Sequence record: LR745206.1
Length of the DNA: 64,000 bases
Direction: 5' to 3' (one strand)
Position 1 is the stretch's first letter. The number at the start of each line of letters is the position of its first letter. Shown here piece after piece: positions 29,078 to 38,344 of this stretch. The translations under genes and the position numbers were made by a program. Under the pieces are notes generated by a model, which was not told where the DNA came from, ran no database searches, and saw only the letters and a list, made by a program, of their open reading frames with translations.

Positions 29078-29671
29078 TTACTTTTTCTTTCTTAATTGCT
29101 TTTTAGCTTCTAAAAAATTATCCTTTATTTCTTGTGTAGTTGTATCAACCGTAACATATTTTCTGAGTGTTCGATCGTATCTTGATTTATCCGAACAAGG
29201 ATTGGTGAATCCATGACATTTTAATAGAATTTTATACCATTCAACATCAGTTAGTACTGTGGTGAAGTATCTCTTTTGTTTAACAAGAACACCAGCGAAT
29301 GCTTTTTTGTCATGTTGGTATTTTCTAAGCAACTTTATCATTATTTCCTTTGTATTGGTTTCAGTGGCATAGTTACCATAACCATTTTTAATAACTTTAC
29401 CATTTGGTGCATTTTTCTCATAAAAGGATATTAGATCCATTGCTGATTCTTCTTTAACATCTAACTCACCAAGTATAGATCTTAATTGAGTATCTCGGTC
29501 TCTTTCTTTAAAGAATGATTCGGTGGTTATTTTAGATGTTAGGTTGTATTCTAATATTTCTTGATTTTTATCAGCAGATATTGCTTTAAGCAACTGGGTC
29601 TCTGATTTATATACTTTGTGTTTTTGATTTCTATACGATCCATTATTTATTACTATCCAAATTTTATTCAT
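29078..29671 (-). CDS. hypothetical protein, internal C-tag-like helix
   Basis: DRDTQLRSILGE. Confidence 0.7.
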   Translation of the reverse strand: MNKIWIVINNGSYRNQKHKVYKSETQLLKAISADKNQEILEYNLTSKITTESFFKERDRDTQLRSILGELDVKEESAMDLISFYEKNAPNGKVIKNGYGNYATETNTKEIMIKLLRKYQHDKKAFAGVLVKQKRYFTTVLTDVEWYKILLKCHGFTNPCSDKSRYDRTLRKYVTVDTTTQEIKDNFLEAKKQLRKKK

Positions 29672-29930
29672 ATAAACTTTTTATTTTTTTATCTCTTAAT
29701 TTACTTATATAATCGGGGTGATATTCCAATTCATCATCTGGTATAACCTGTACACTTATAAAATCGTCAGATTTGAATTCAATACAATGTGATGTCTCTG
29801 ATATTCTATAATCAGAATTATATTCGATAGATTTCTTTTTACAATATTCTACTCTGTCTATAATAGTACCCCTTTCAGAACCATATGATTCCTTTTTAGT
29901 TACTTCGTCACCAACTACAAATTTATTCAT
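29664..29930 (-). CDS. hypothetical protein, C-tag
   Basis: FVVGDEV; LRDKKIKSLYE. Confidence 0.7.
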   Translation of the reverse strand: MNKFVVGDEVTKKESYGSERGTIIDRVEYCKKKSIEYNSDYRISETSHCIEFKSDDFISVQVIPDDELEYHPDYISKLRDKKIKSLYE

Positions 29931-29984
29931 ATATGTTATATGATAAATTCAAAAGTTGTTTATTATACAAATATAGTTAAAAAT

Positions 29985-30012
29985 AAAAAAGTCCTGTCAT
30001 AAACAGGACTTT
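29985..30012 (-). terminator. fusA intrinsic terminator
   Basis: AAAGTCCTGT/ACAGGACTTT stem plus U-tract right after the fusA stop. Confidence 0.85.
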
Positions 30013-30016
30013 AATT

Positions 30017-31972
30017 TTAAACTTTCTCGTAATGTGAGAAGACCATATTATAATCACCTCTACCAGAAGTTATTGTTCTTAGGTTAGTCATATAACCAAA
30101 CATCCTAGATATAGGAACGGTGCCGGTGATATATTTCAATTCACCCTTATTATCCATTTCGGATATAATACCTTTCCTCTTACTAAAATCACTAACAACT
30201 CCACCAACATAATCTTCTGGTGTTATGATATTAGTATTCATAATAGGCTCCAATAAACAAGGATCACATTTTTCCAAAGCTGATCTAAATGCTAACTGAG
30301 CTACCATTTCAAATGAGTAAGCATCAGAGTCAACATTATGATAACTACCATCAAGAAGTCTAACTTTAAGATTTTGAACAGGGTAACCAAAAGCACCATT
30401 ACTCAAACAATTCTTAAATCCTTTTTCAATAGCTGGTATATACTCTTTTGGAATATTACCACCAGTAACTTCATTGATGAATTGTAAACCTTCTACATCA
30501 TCATCAGCAGGTCCAATCTCAATAGAGATATCGGCAAATTTACCCTTACCACCAGTTTGTTTACTCAAAACCTCTTTGTGTAAAACAGTTTTCTGTAATC
30601 TTTCCTTATGAGCAACCTTAGGGACACCCTTAGTAACCTCAACACCAAAATCGGTTTGTAATCTACTTATAATAACATCAAGGTGTAACTCACCCATACC
30701 ACTAAGAATAGTCTGACCAGCTTCATTACTCTTAACTATAAGAGTTGGATCCTCTTCCGTTAGCTTAGATAAAGCAACTGATATCTTATCATAATCAACT
30801 TGAGTTTTTGGTTCGATAGCTATTGATATAACTGGGTCAGGAAAATTCATAGACATCAACTCCACAGGATTATCAACATCACAAATTGTTTGACCAGTGT
30901 TAGTATTTTTCAGACCAACAACCGTAACTATATCACCAGCTACCGCAACATCAACAGCTTTCTTATTTTGAGCATGCATCTGGAATATTCTAGATATTCT
31001 TTCATGTTCATTCGTATAAGGATTCAAAACAACATCACCTGGTTTTAATTGACCGGAGTATATTCTTATGAACGTAAGTTTTCCATGTTTATCAGTCATA
31101 ATCTTAAATACCAAAGCACTAAATGGATCCTCTACTCTATTACCTTTATCTTCTGGACTAGGTAATATATTAATAATAGTATCCAATAAAGTTTGAACTC
31201 CTTTGTTCTTAAAGGCAGAGCCACAAAGAACCGGGATAGCTAAGTTATTAAGGCAAATATCATGTAGAGCCTCATTAATACCATCAACAGTAACTTCATC
31301 ATTCAAATAAGACATCATAAACTTATCATTAAGATCAGATATCTGCTCCAACATAATACTTCTATATTCTTTAGAAATATCAATCATATGATCTGGTATA
31401 GTTTCGATGGAAACAACTTCACCCATCTCACCTGATTGTTTTATAGCAACCATATTTATTAGGTCAATAATACCTTCGAAGTCTGTCTCAGCACCAATTG
31501 GTAACTGTATAGCAATCGGATTAGCATTAAGTCTTTCTCTTATTTGTTTACACACCGATAAGAAGTCAGAACCAACTCTATCCATTTTATTAACAAACGC
31601 AACACGACTCACACCATACTCATTGGCTAATCTCCAATTCGTTTCTGATTGAGGTTCGACACCATCAACAGCAGAGAAAAGGAATACTAAACCATCAAGA
31701 ACTCTTAATGATCTATTTACCTCAACTGTAAAGTCAACGTGACCTGGGGTATCAATGATATTAATTTTATTATTGTTCCAATAGCAAGTTGTAGCAGCCG
31801 AAGTAATTGTTATACCACGGTCTCTTTCTTGAACCATATGGTCCATAGTTGTATTACCATCATGTACTTCACCAATTTTGTGATTTACACCTGTGTAATA
31901 AAGAATTCTTTCGGTTAGGGTTGTTTTACCTGAGTCGATGTGGGCGACGATGCCTATATTTCTTGTTTTCAT
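30017..31972 (-). CDS. fusA: elongation factor G
   Basis: [42 protein letters not shown]; ATG at 31972. Confidence 0.97.
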   Translation of the reverse strand: MKTRNIGIVAHIDSGKTTLTERILYYTGVNHKIGEVHDGNTTMDHMVQERDRGITITSAATTCYWNNNKINIIDTPGHVDFTVEVNRSLRVLDGLVFLFSAVDGVEPQSETNWRLANEYGVSRVAFVNKMDRVGSDFLSVCKQIRERLNANPIAIQLPIGAETDFEGIIDLINMVAIKQSGEMGEVVSIETIPDHMIDISKEYRSIMLEQISDLNDKFMMSYLNDEVTVDGINEALHDICLNNLAIPVLCGSAFKNKGVQTLLDTIINILPSPEDKGNRVEDPFSALVFKIMTDKHGKLTFIRIYSGQLKPGDVVLNPYTNEHERISRIFQMHAQNKKAVDVAVAGDIVTVVGLKNTNTGQTICDVDNPVELMSMNFPDPVISIAIEPKTQVDYDKISVALSKLTEEDPTLIVKSNEAGQTILSGMGELHLDVIISRLQTDFGVEVTKGVPKVAHKERLQKTVLHKEVLSKQTGGKGKFADISIEIGPADDDVEGLQFINEVTGGNIPKEYIPAIEKGFKNCLSNGAFGYPVQNLKVRLLDGSYHNVDSDAYSFEMVAQLAFRSALEKCDPCLLEPIMNTNIITPEDYVGGVVSDFSKRKGIISEMDNKGELKYITGTVPISRMFGYMTNLRTITSGRGDYNMVFSHYEKV

Positions 31973-32059
31973 AATTTTCAAATTTTTATTTAAACCAACA
32001 TCTTCCGAAGCCTCTCTTATGAGAAGTTGTTAATTTTGTTAATAAAGTTTAGGGAATAA

Positions 32060-32094
32060 AAATTTAGTCAATCACCAAGGATTTGGGTGATTGA
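32060..32094 (-). terminator. terminator-like hairpin in the fusA leader
   Basis: TCAATCACC/GGTGATTGA stem 1 nt after the leader stop, followed by AAATTTTT. Confidence 0.6.
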
Positions 32095-32095
32095 A

Positions 32096-32131
32096 TTATA
32101 AAACAGCTCGTATGATAATTACGTTTTTCAT
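32096..32131 (-). CDS. putative fusA leader peptide MKNVIIIRAVL
   Basis: Hand-translated; between TATATTTG (32176-32183) and the hairpin. Confidence 0.65.
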   Translation of the reverse strand: MKNVIIIRAVL

Positions 32132-32194
32132 TATTCGTTATATATTACTTTCGTAAATAGTTTATTTTCCGATTACAAATATAAGAAAATAAAC

Positions 32195-33613
32195 TTAAAT
32201 CCTGTCAAATAAAATTTGTTTTTTACAACCTTCGATAACATTTAAAAATTCATTAGTCTTTTCAACGCCAAATAATGGTATGTATAATGTATTAACAACC
32301 AATAATAGTGAATATAAATTAGATAACTCAACTTCATAATTTTCGGAAGCCCAAGGTTTATTATCATTTATATATTTGTTTGCAAATTTAACCAATTCAT
32401 TAGTCTTACATAAAGCATCTTTAACTTTAAAGTTATCCCATAAATCTACAACAGAATCTTTATAACTATTTATTGTATCATTGAATGAATCTTCTGGTAA
32501 ACAATTTGGTCTGCGACCACATTTTATATCAATTAAATGTAATACTCTTGATACTAAATTTCCCCAATCATTTACAATTTCAGAATTCCATATTTGTTTA
32601 AGTTCATCATCATCCCAAGATGAATTAGCATAAGTATTTAATCTAAGAGCATAATACCTAACTGGGTATAATCCATACTTATCTAATTGATCAATTGGAT
32701 CTACAACATTACCAATTGATTTGGAAATCTTACGACCATCTTTATCGAGAATAGTACCATGAACTAGTAATTTATCGGTGTGTTTTATATTCTCAGCTTC
32801 TAGAAAGGATTGAAATATAACTCCCTGGAACCTTATATTATCTGGTCCACAGAGTTGTATAACTCTATTCCAGTTGAAATTATCTGTTAGATACCCAGCA
32901 GCGAAGATGTAATTGAGTAAAGCATCAAACCAGACATAAATAACTTGGTCTTCGTCATTTGGTACAGAAACACCCCAAGGGCAATTCTTTCTTACTCTAG
33001 ATATAGATATATCATCAGAATCTATAATTAGATTCCTTAATTCGTTTATTTTTGATATTGGTTCTAAGAACGTTGGATTATTTTCAATCCATTTTAGTAG
33101 TGAGTCTCTGTACTTAGATAATCTAAAGAAATAATTTTCCTCATCTACTATTTTTATTTCGGTTGTTGTATGATCTTGGCATTTACCATCCACCAATTCG
33201 GAATCTTTTTTAGCTGATTCACATCCAACACAATATTTACCCTTATATGAGCCTTTGTATATATCACCGTTGTTTAAGAATTTTGTCCAAATGGATTGCA
33301 CTTTCTCGTGGTGAGAGATGTCAGAGGTTTTATAAAAGGAATCATAGTCTATGTTAAATTTAACACAAAAGTCCTTCCAAGACGTTGTTAGGTTGTTTAT
33401 ATGTTGTTCTGGTGTTATACCAAGCTCTTGAGATTTCTCCCAGACTTTCAAACCATGTTCATCCAATCCAATGTTAAAATGAACATCATTTTTAATTTTA
33501 AACCATTTTGAAAGAGCATCTCCCAATATAAATTCGAAAGCGTGTCCAATATGTGGAACTGAGTTCACATATGGTAATGTTGTTGTTATAAATATATTTT
33601 CTGCGATTTCTAT
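32195..33613 (-). CDS. metG: methionyl-tRNA synthetase lacking the C-terminal OB domain; probable AUA start
   Basis: FITTTLPYVNSVPHIGH, YCVGCE Zn knuckle, YVWFDAL, KISKS; no in-frame ATG before the first motif. Confidence 0.9.
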   Translation of the reverse strand: MEIAENIFITTTLPYVNSVPHIGHAFEFILGDALSKWFKIKNDVHFNIGLDEHGLKVWEKSQELGITPEQHINNLTTSWKDFCVKFNIDYDSFYKTSDISHHEKVQSIWTKFLNNGDIYKGSYKGKYCVGCESAKKDSELVDGKCQDHTTTEIKIVDEENYFFRLSKYRDSLLKWIENNPTFLEPISKINELRNLIIDSDDISISRVRKNCPWGVSVPNDEDQVIYVWFDALLNYIFAAGYLTDNFNWNRVIQLCGPDNIRFQGVIFQSFLEAENIKHTDKLLVHGTILDKDGRKISKSIGNVVDPIDQLDKYGLYPVRYYALRLNTYANSSWDDDELKQIWNSEIVNDWGNLVSRVLHLIDIKCGRRPNCLPEDSFNDTINSYKDSVVDLWDNFKVKDALCKTNELVKFANKYINDNKPWASENYEVELSNLYSLLLVVNTLYIPLFGVEKTNEFLNVIEGCKKQILFDRI

Positions 33614-33906
33614 GTTTTTTTAAATAATAAATAATTCAATCTAATTTCTCTAATAACTGGTTTTAATAAATCTAACATTTCTTTATCACATTCAAATTTA
33701 TCACCTATTTCAGTATTATATATGTAATGTATTTCTCCTGTGTCAAAATTACCACTATCTTCTTCTAATATATTGTTCTTTATTAGGTAATAAACAACCG
33801 AATTGGGTATTTTTATTGCCTTTTTTCGTGGATGCCACTTACTTAATATACAATTTAATGTTGGTTCGATAGTTAGTTCTCGACCATAAAATATCTCTTT
33901 CAGCAT
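33610..33906 (-). CDS. hypothetical protein, C-tag
   Basis: IREIRLNYLL; TAG overlaps candidate ATA start of metG. Confidence 0.65.
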   Translation of the reverse strand: MLKEIFYGRELTIEPTLNCILSKWHPRKKAIKIPNSVVYYLIKNNILEEDSGNFDTGEIHYIYNTEIGDKFECDKEMLDLLKPVIREIRLNYLLFKKT

Positions 33907-34127
33907 TAAAATACAATAAAATAATCAAATATACTCATTCTATCCTCTTTAAGTAAAGATACACTCAATGGTACTTTTATATCATTATCATTATCTAGAA
34001 TTTTAATATTTTCATCTAGAATATCAAGTATTTCATAATCCACACCAGGTGTTAAAAGCTTACTAAATTGTTTTTTACATCTTATTAGCTTACCAATCTT
34101 TATCTTTTCACTTTTAATTTTTACCAT
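33906..34127 (-). CDS. 73-aa paralog family member 2
   Basis: IKSEKI.IG..I.C..LLTPG.DYEI..SIFDYF. Confidence 0.75.
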   Translation of the reverse strand: MVKIKSEKIKIGKLIRCKKQFSKLLTPGVDYEILDILDENIKILDNDNDIKVPLSVSLLKEDRMSIFDYFIVF

Positions 34128-34342
34128 ATTTGAAAATATCTGAAAATATTTGGACTTTCACTTTTATTCATCGACATAGACAAAGGGAAAGTTCTATCAT
34201 TTTCATTGTCCATTATGAAAATACTATCATCTGTAATTGAGATTATCTCATAATCCAATCCAGTTGTTAATAAAACAGCCATTGGTGTAATACATTTGAG
34301 TTTTTTACCAACAGCTATGTTTTCACTCTTAATTAATATCAT
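34121..34342 (-). CDS. 73-aa paralog family member 3
   Basis: Tandem paralog of the adjacent gene. Confidence 0.75.
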   Translation of the reverse strand: MILIKSENIAVGKKLKCITPMAVLLTTGLDYEIISITDDSIFIMDNENDRTFPLSMSMNKSESPNIFRYFQIW

Positions 34343-34377
34343 TTGTGTTTAATTTATACAAATATAAGGAAAATTAA

Positions 34378-35709
34378 TTATATTTCATAAATAATATTAA
34401 ATATTGGTTCCAAGTCCTCTATGATATACTTTAATGTAATTGATGTTGGTTTTGTTTTTGATGATTCTATCCACTCATCACAGAATAGATTCCAGAAAAA
34501 CTTATATAATAAATCATTAGCGATGCTAAGATCCATATTATCAAAAGCATTTAATATATCAGATTTATATTGTGACCAAATCTCTATTAATTTATCATCC
34601 TCTCCTATCCATTCGTTATCAATTTGTATTTGAATGAACTTCTTAGCGTTCTTAAACTTATTACTCATCTTCCAACCCATTCTCATCTTAGACTCATCTA
34701 TCTTAGTGTCCATACCCAATGTACCAGATGTTGACCAACTTCTTATACCATTAGCACCATATCTATCTATTAAAGGTTTTGGTGGTGTTGCATTACCACT
34801 CGACTTACTAAACTTATCACCGTTACCATCAAGTGTATGTCCTGTTATCATAATACTTTTCCAAGGTATTTGGTTATTTAAAAAGTAGGACATAGCTATT
34901 GTATAGAATGCCCAAGTTCTAATAATATCATGTGATTGAAATCTCATATCAAATATAGGACACTCTAAAGATGGTATTCCGGTGTGAGCTGACCAAGCTA
35001 ATTGTGGTGTTAGTGCTGATATAAACCAAGTATCGAACGTGGATGTTTCACCAGGAATCATAATTCCGAAATTTCTCTCTCTTGATATTGACCAGTCCCA
35101 TTTGATTTGTTCTAACCAATCATCTGCTCTTTTTTTGTGAGAGAAGGGTTTCCAATCTATCTTGTCTATCATTTCTTTTATTTTTGGTAAATGATCTTTT
35201 ATATTTATAAACCAGCCTTCACCAGTTTTTATTAAAGGAATCTCACCAGTTCTTTCGATTATCCCATCATCATTTAGTTCTGATTGTGATATAGATGTCT
35301 TTAATTTTTCTGACCATAAATATTCAGTTGTTGCTTTATAAGCAATTCCTCTTTCTTTTAATTTCTCAAATGCCATATAAGCAATATTAATTGATTGGTC
35401 ATCATAGGTATAATATCTTTGTTCACCAAAATTAATACCTGATAGATTAAATGTGTCATGATAATCTTTTGACTTGTTTATTGAGAAATCAATAATATTT
35501 TGTGTACCCTTTATTCCTTTGTTTGATGCAAGTTTACCAGTTGGTATTCCGTTGTTGTCAAAACAGAATGGATAAATTAAATTTTTACCAAGATATTTTT
35601 GATATCTAGCAATTATATCTCCTTGTGTATAAGAGAATATATGACCTATGTGTAGGTTACCACTTATTGTAGGTGGTGGTGTGTCGATTAAATAATTGTT
35701 TGTTTTCAT
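34378..35709 (-). CDS. valS: minimal valyl-tRNA synthetase (443 aa; CP1 editing region and C-terminal coil missing)
   Basis: DTPPPTISGNLHIGH, DWSISR, FDTWF, DIIRTW, KFSKS; Val-rich leader supports Val specificity. Confidence 0.9.
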   Translation of the reverse strand: MKTNNYLIDTPPPTISGNLHIGHIFSYTQGDIIARYQKYLGKNLIYPFCFDNNGIPTGKLASNKGIKGTQNIIDFSINKSKDYHDTFNLSGINFGEQRYYTYDDQSINIAYMAFEKLKERGIAYKATTEYLWSEKLKTSISQSELNDDGIIERTGEIPLIKTGEGWFINIKDHLPKIKEMIDKIDWKPFSHKKRADDWLEQIKWDWSISRERNFGIMIPGETSTFDTWFISALTPQLAWSAHTGIPSLECPIFDMRFQSHDIIRTWAFYTIAMSYFLNNQIPWKSIMITGHTLDGNGDKFSKSSGNATPPKPLIDRYGANGIRSWSTSGTLGMDTKIDESKMRMGWKMSNKFKNAKKFIQIQIDNEWIGEDDKLIEIWSQYKSDILNAFDNMDLSIANDLLYKFFWNLFCDEWIESSKTKPTSITLKYIIEDLEPIFNIIYEI

Positions 35710-35731
35710 GTTTATAATTTTATAATTTTTT

Positions 35732-35852
35732 AAAATAAAAAACCCGACATATCTTTTGATATGTCGGGTCGAGTGAGTTATATAATAGCTATTCCAACAT
35801 ATCAGACTGATACATTGACAACCACTAAGTTATTTAAATTTATTGTTTTCAT
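35732..35852 (-). promoter_or_regulatory. Val-sensing transcription attenuator of valS
   Basis: Leader ORF, alternative 1:2, 2:3 and 3:4 pairings; 12-bp terminator ACCCGACATATC/GATATGTCGGGT plus U-tract. Confidence 0.9.
35802..35852 (-). CDS. valS leader peptide MKTINLNNLVVVNVSV
   Basis: 5 Val in the last 7 codons (GTG GTT GTC GTA GTC); promoter TATATTTG at 35869-35876. Confidence 0.88.
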   Translation of the reverse strand: MKTINLNNLVVVNVSV

Positions 35853-35900
35853 ATTCTTTATATATCTACAAATATAATTAAAGTTTTTCACTTTTCAAAA

Positions 35901-36356
35901 TTATTTAGTGAATTCTATTTTGATGTGTTTGAATCCAGCATTTGATCCATCATAATTAAAATTTATATATCTATCTCTAAATATATCAAGAAACTCACCC
36001 AATCTTTTCTCACTAAGGTATTGGAACATTAAACAACCATTATTTAAATGATTATCATTATACAAAGTAGCGTCAACTCTCATTATCCACCTTCTATCTA
36101 TGACCATATAATAGTATAGTCTTTCAATAACATCAACAACTTCATCACCTCCAAATGTCTCTCTATCTTGATATACTCTATCTGGGAAAATATTAACATT
36201 TAGAAACGCTGTTCTTGAAGTCCAAGTTGAACTACCATATTCATGACACTCAGTTTTATACTTTAGATTACTATCCGAAAGTTCCATACAGATTTCATCA
36301 ACTATCTCTAATTCACCATCTTCTTTTTTCTCGTTATATGATTTTATATGTTTCAT
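35901..36356 (-). CDS. DIKDILLEL-family protein, N-tag
   Basis: MKHIKSYNE; IVDEICMELSD. Confidence 0.75.
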   Translation of the reverse strand: MKHIKSYNEKKEDGELEIVDEICMELSDSNLKYKTECHEYGSSTWTSRTAFLNVNIFPDRVYQDRETFGGDEVVDVIERLYYYMVIDRRWIMRVDATLYNDNHLNNGCLMFQYLSEKRLGEFLDIFRDRYINFNYDGSNAGFKHIKIEFTK

Positions 36357-37057
36357 TATTTCTTAAATGGTTGTAAATCTTTAAATATAGTATCTAATAA
36401 CATCTTCAATCCTTTCTTTGAGTTAACAATATAATTTATATACTCTCTAAGTATCTTTTCATTATTACATTGTAATTTCAATAAATATGACTCTCTACCA
36501 CCTAAACAAGATATAGGGTGTATTTCAAAATGTAAGTTATCTAAACTAGTGTATGATAAATTATTAATTGGACTAACCTCATCAATTGTATTATAAGGTG
36601 ATTTCAATTCTGGTTTATATTCATCATTTGTATATGTTATAAATTTATAATTACCAGCATCCTCTACTCCATAATTACTATCGGTGGTGAATTCAGAGTG
36701 CCAATCATCAATATAGTTTACAGCATCAAAACCAACATCAATAGAATTTGCGGTGGTTGACCAGTATGATTTTTGTAAACTCTTATCGTAAAATGATAAT
36801 TGTTCAAGAGCTTGTGAGAGTGTCTTGAATTGAAAATAGTTATATGCTATTGATCCTGGTTTATCCACTATATCCTTGTTTGGATCGTATTTAGCGATTA
36901 CCCATTCTTCATTATTTTTATAGAAGAAGAATCTTATACCATCATATGCAATTACATGAAATCTTATTATACCATTGTTAGCAATTGTATAATCCAAATC
37001 ATTATCGGTAATAAATTTTATTATTTTTTCTATATTTTCTTTATCCAGTTCTATCAT
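36356..37057 (-). CDS. hypothetical protein
   Basis: 233-aa ORF in coupled operon. Confidence 0.7.
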   Translation of the reverse strand: MIELDKENIEKIIKFITDNDLDYTIANNGIIRFHVIAYDGIRFFFYKNNEEWVIAKYDPNKDIVDKPGSIAYNYFQFKTLSQALEQLSFYDKSLQKSYWSTTANSIDVGFDAVNYIDDWHSEFTTDSNYGVEDAGNYKFITYTNDEYKPELKSPYNTIDEVSPINNLSYTSLDNLHFEIHPISCLGGRESYLLKLQCNNEKILREYINYIVNSKKGLKMLLDTIFKDLQPFKK

Positions 37058-37391
37058 TTACATTTTTAAAATTTATTAGGATGTATTGGTAAAAAGTTAC
37101 ACCATCTTTCTCTATTTTCATATATTTATTATCATGTGAATATCCTTTTTGATCCATATAATCATAGAGCCTTTCACAAAAATCTTCAACCTCATCATAT
37201 GTGAAATTAAAATCTTTCGGTTTTGGAAGAGATACAACATGACCTTTGGCTATATGTATACCTATACTATCATCATATATACCTTCACCAGTTCCTAATT
37301 CAAATCCATCATCTTTCAACTCAAGAAACATATCCTTTATATCATTTAATATAGATTCATTATTAGACTCAAATGTTTTTAAATACTTCAT
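37041..37391 (-). CDS. DIKDILLEL-family protein, N-tag
   Basis: MKYLKTFESNNE; DIKDMFLELKDDGF; TAATATATA at 37396-37404. Confidence 0.8.
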   Translation of the reverse strand: MKYLKTFESNNESILNDIKDMFLELKDDGFELGTGEGIYDDSIGIHIAKGHVVSLPKPKDFNFTYDEVEDFCERLYDYMDQKGYSHDNKYMKIEKDGVTFYQYILINFKNVNDRTG

Positions 37392-37424
37392 TTATTATAT
37401 ATTAAATCTATTTCTTAGATAAAA

Positions 37425-37451
37425 AAAATAGGACTATGTTAGTCCTATTTT
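37425..37451. terminator. intrinsic terminator
   Basis: AAAATAGGACT/AGTCCTATTTT stem. Confidence 0.8.
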
Positions 37452-37469
37452 AAGTAAATATAAATATTA

Positions 37470-37892
37470 TTAAATGTCTAATAATTTCTTCAATGCTGAG
37501 TTACGAGCAATCATAACCTTTAGATGTTCGGTGTTATAAACCCATTCACCAAATACTGATCCAACTATTCTATTATTACTACCAACCTTTTCTCTTGTGT
37601 ATCCAGGTTCACGGTATAGATATTTTATCACAACTGATTTAGCATTTTTCTTAATTACTTCAACTCTATCACCTCTTCGTAAACCACCTTGTCCCCAATA
37701 AGGGTTAATCCCCGTATTAAATTCAATAACATCACCTATTTCTATATAATCTAGTACTAATGTAAAAGATGATTGTTTTTTATCTATTTTCAATGATTTA
37801 TTAATCTTTCTCAAATTGGAAATTTCAGCTTCCTTACAACGTATTATATCGTTGTTTGTATTGATTAATTTTTGTATCTCTTCTGGCTTCAT
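37470..37892 (-). CDS. hypothetical protein, C-tag
   Basis: Coil plus SH3-like segment; ARNSALKKLLDI. Confidence 0.7.
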   Translation of the reverse strand: MKPEEIQKLINTNNDIIRCKEAEISNLRKINKSLKIDKKQSSFTLVLDYIEIGDVIEFNTGINPYWGQGGLRRGDRVEVIKKNAKSVVIKYLYREPGYTREKVGSNNRIVGSVFGEWVYNTEHLKVMIARNSALKKLLDI

Positions 37893-38338
37893 TAGATTAT
37901 TATCTCCTTATTTGTTTTGGATTTTTTAACCTTATGTGCTTTTTTGGAACTACTCAACATAGAATATAACCAAGCATCATGATTAGCTAGAGCTCTCTTA
38001 TCACTTTCCATTTTTTTAACTAAATCAGACCTTGTTGTTCCTTTTAATTGGTGATAAACAACTTGCCCAGATTTGGTATCCATTATAATAACAGACTTAG
38101 TATCTAAATAATCTCTTAGTCTATCAGACAATTCCCAATTCTTATTATTCCTAGCCTTTTCTCTTATATCAATAAGTTCGTCTATATAATAATCATCTAA
38201 ATTATCTAGACTTCTCTTATCAACCAATAAACTCGCTGCGTTTTCTAAAGCATCTTTCCAATCTTTGTTAGAGTGTTGAGCTTTTAATTTATAACCCTCA
38301 CTAACTAATTTCTTTAATATTTTTCTTATATCACTCAT
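37892..38338 (-). CDS. protein with a CysRS C-terminal (anticodon-binding)-like domain
   Basis: LIDIREKARNNKNWELSDRLRDYL...IMDTKSG matches the CysRS C-terminal signature. Confidence 0.7.
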   Translation of the reverse strand: MSDIRKILKKLVSEGYKLKAQHSNKDWKDALENAASLLVDKRSLDNLDDYYIDELIDIREKARNNKNWELSDRLRDYLDTKSVIIMDTKSGQVVYHQLKGTTRSDLVKKMESDKRALANHDAWLYSMLSSSKKAHKVKKSKTNKEIII

Positions 38339-38344
38339 GTTTCT

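Noticed and set aside
32060-35880. T-box or metabolite riboswitches upstream of fusA, metG or valS
   Set aside because: No T-box consensus or recognisable aptamer; the leaders are explained by translated peptides plus hairpins.
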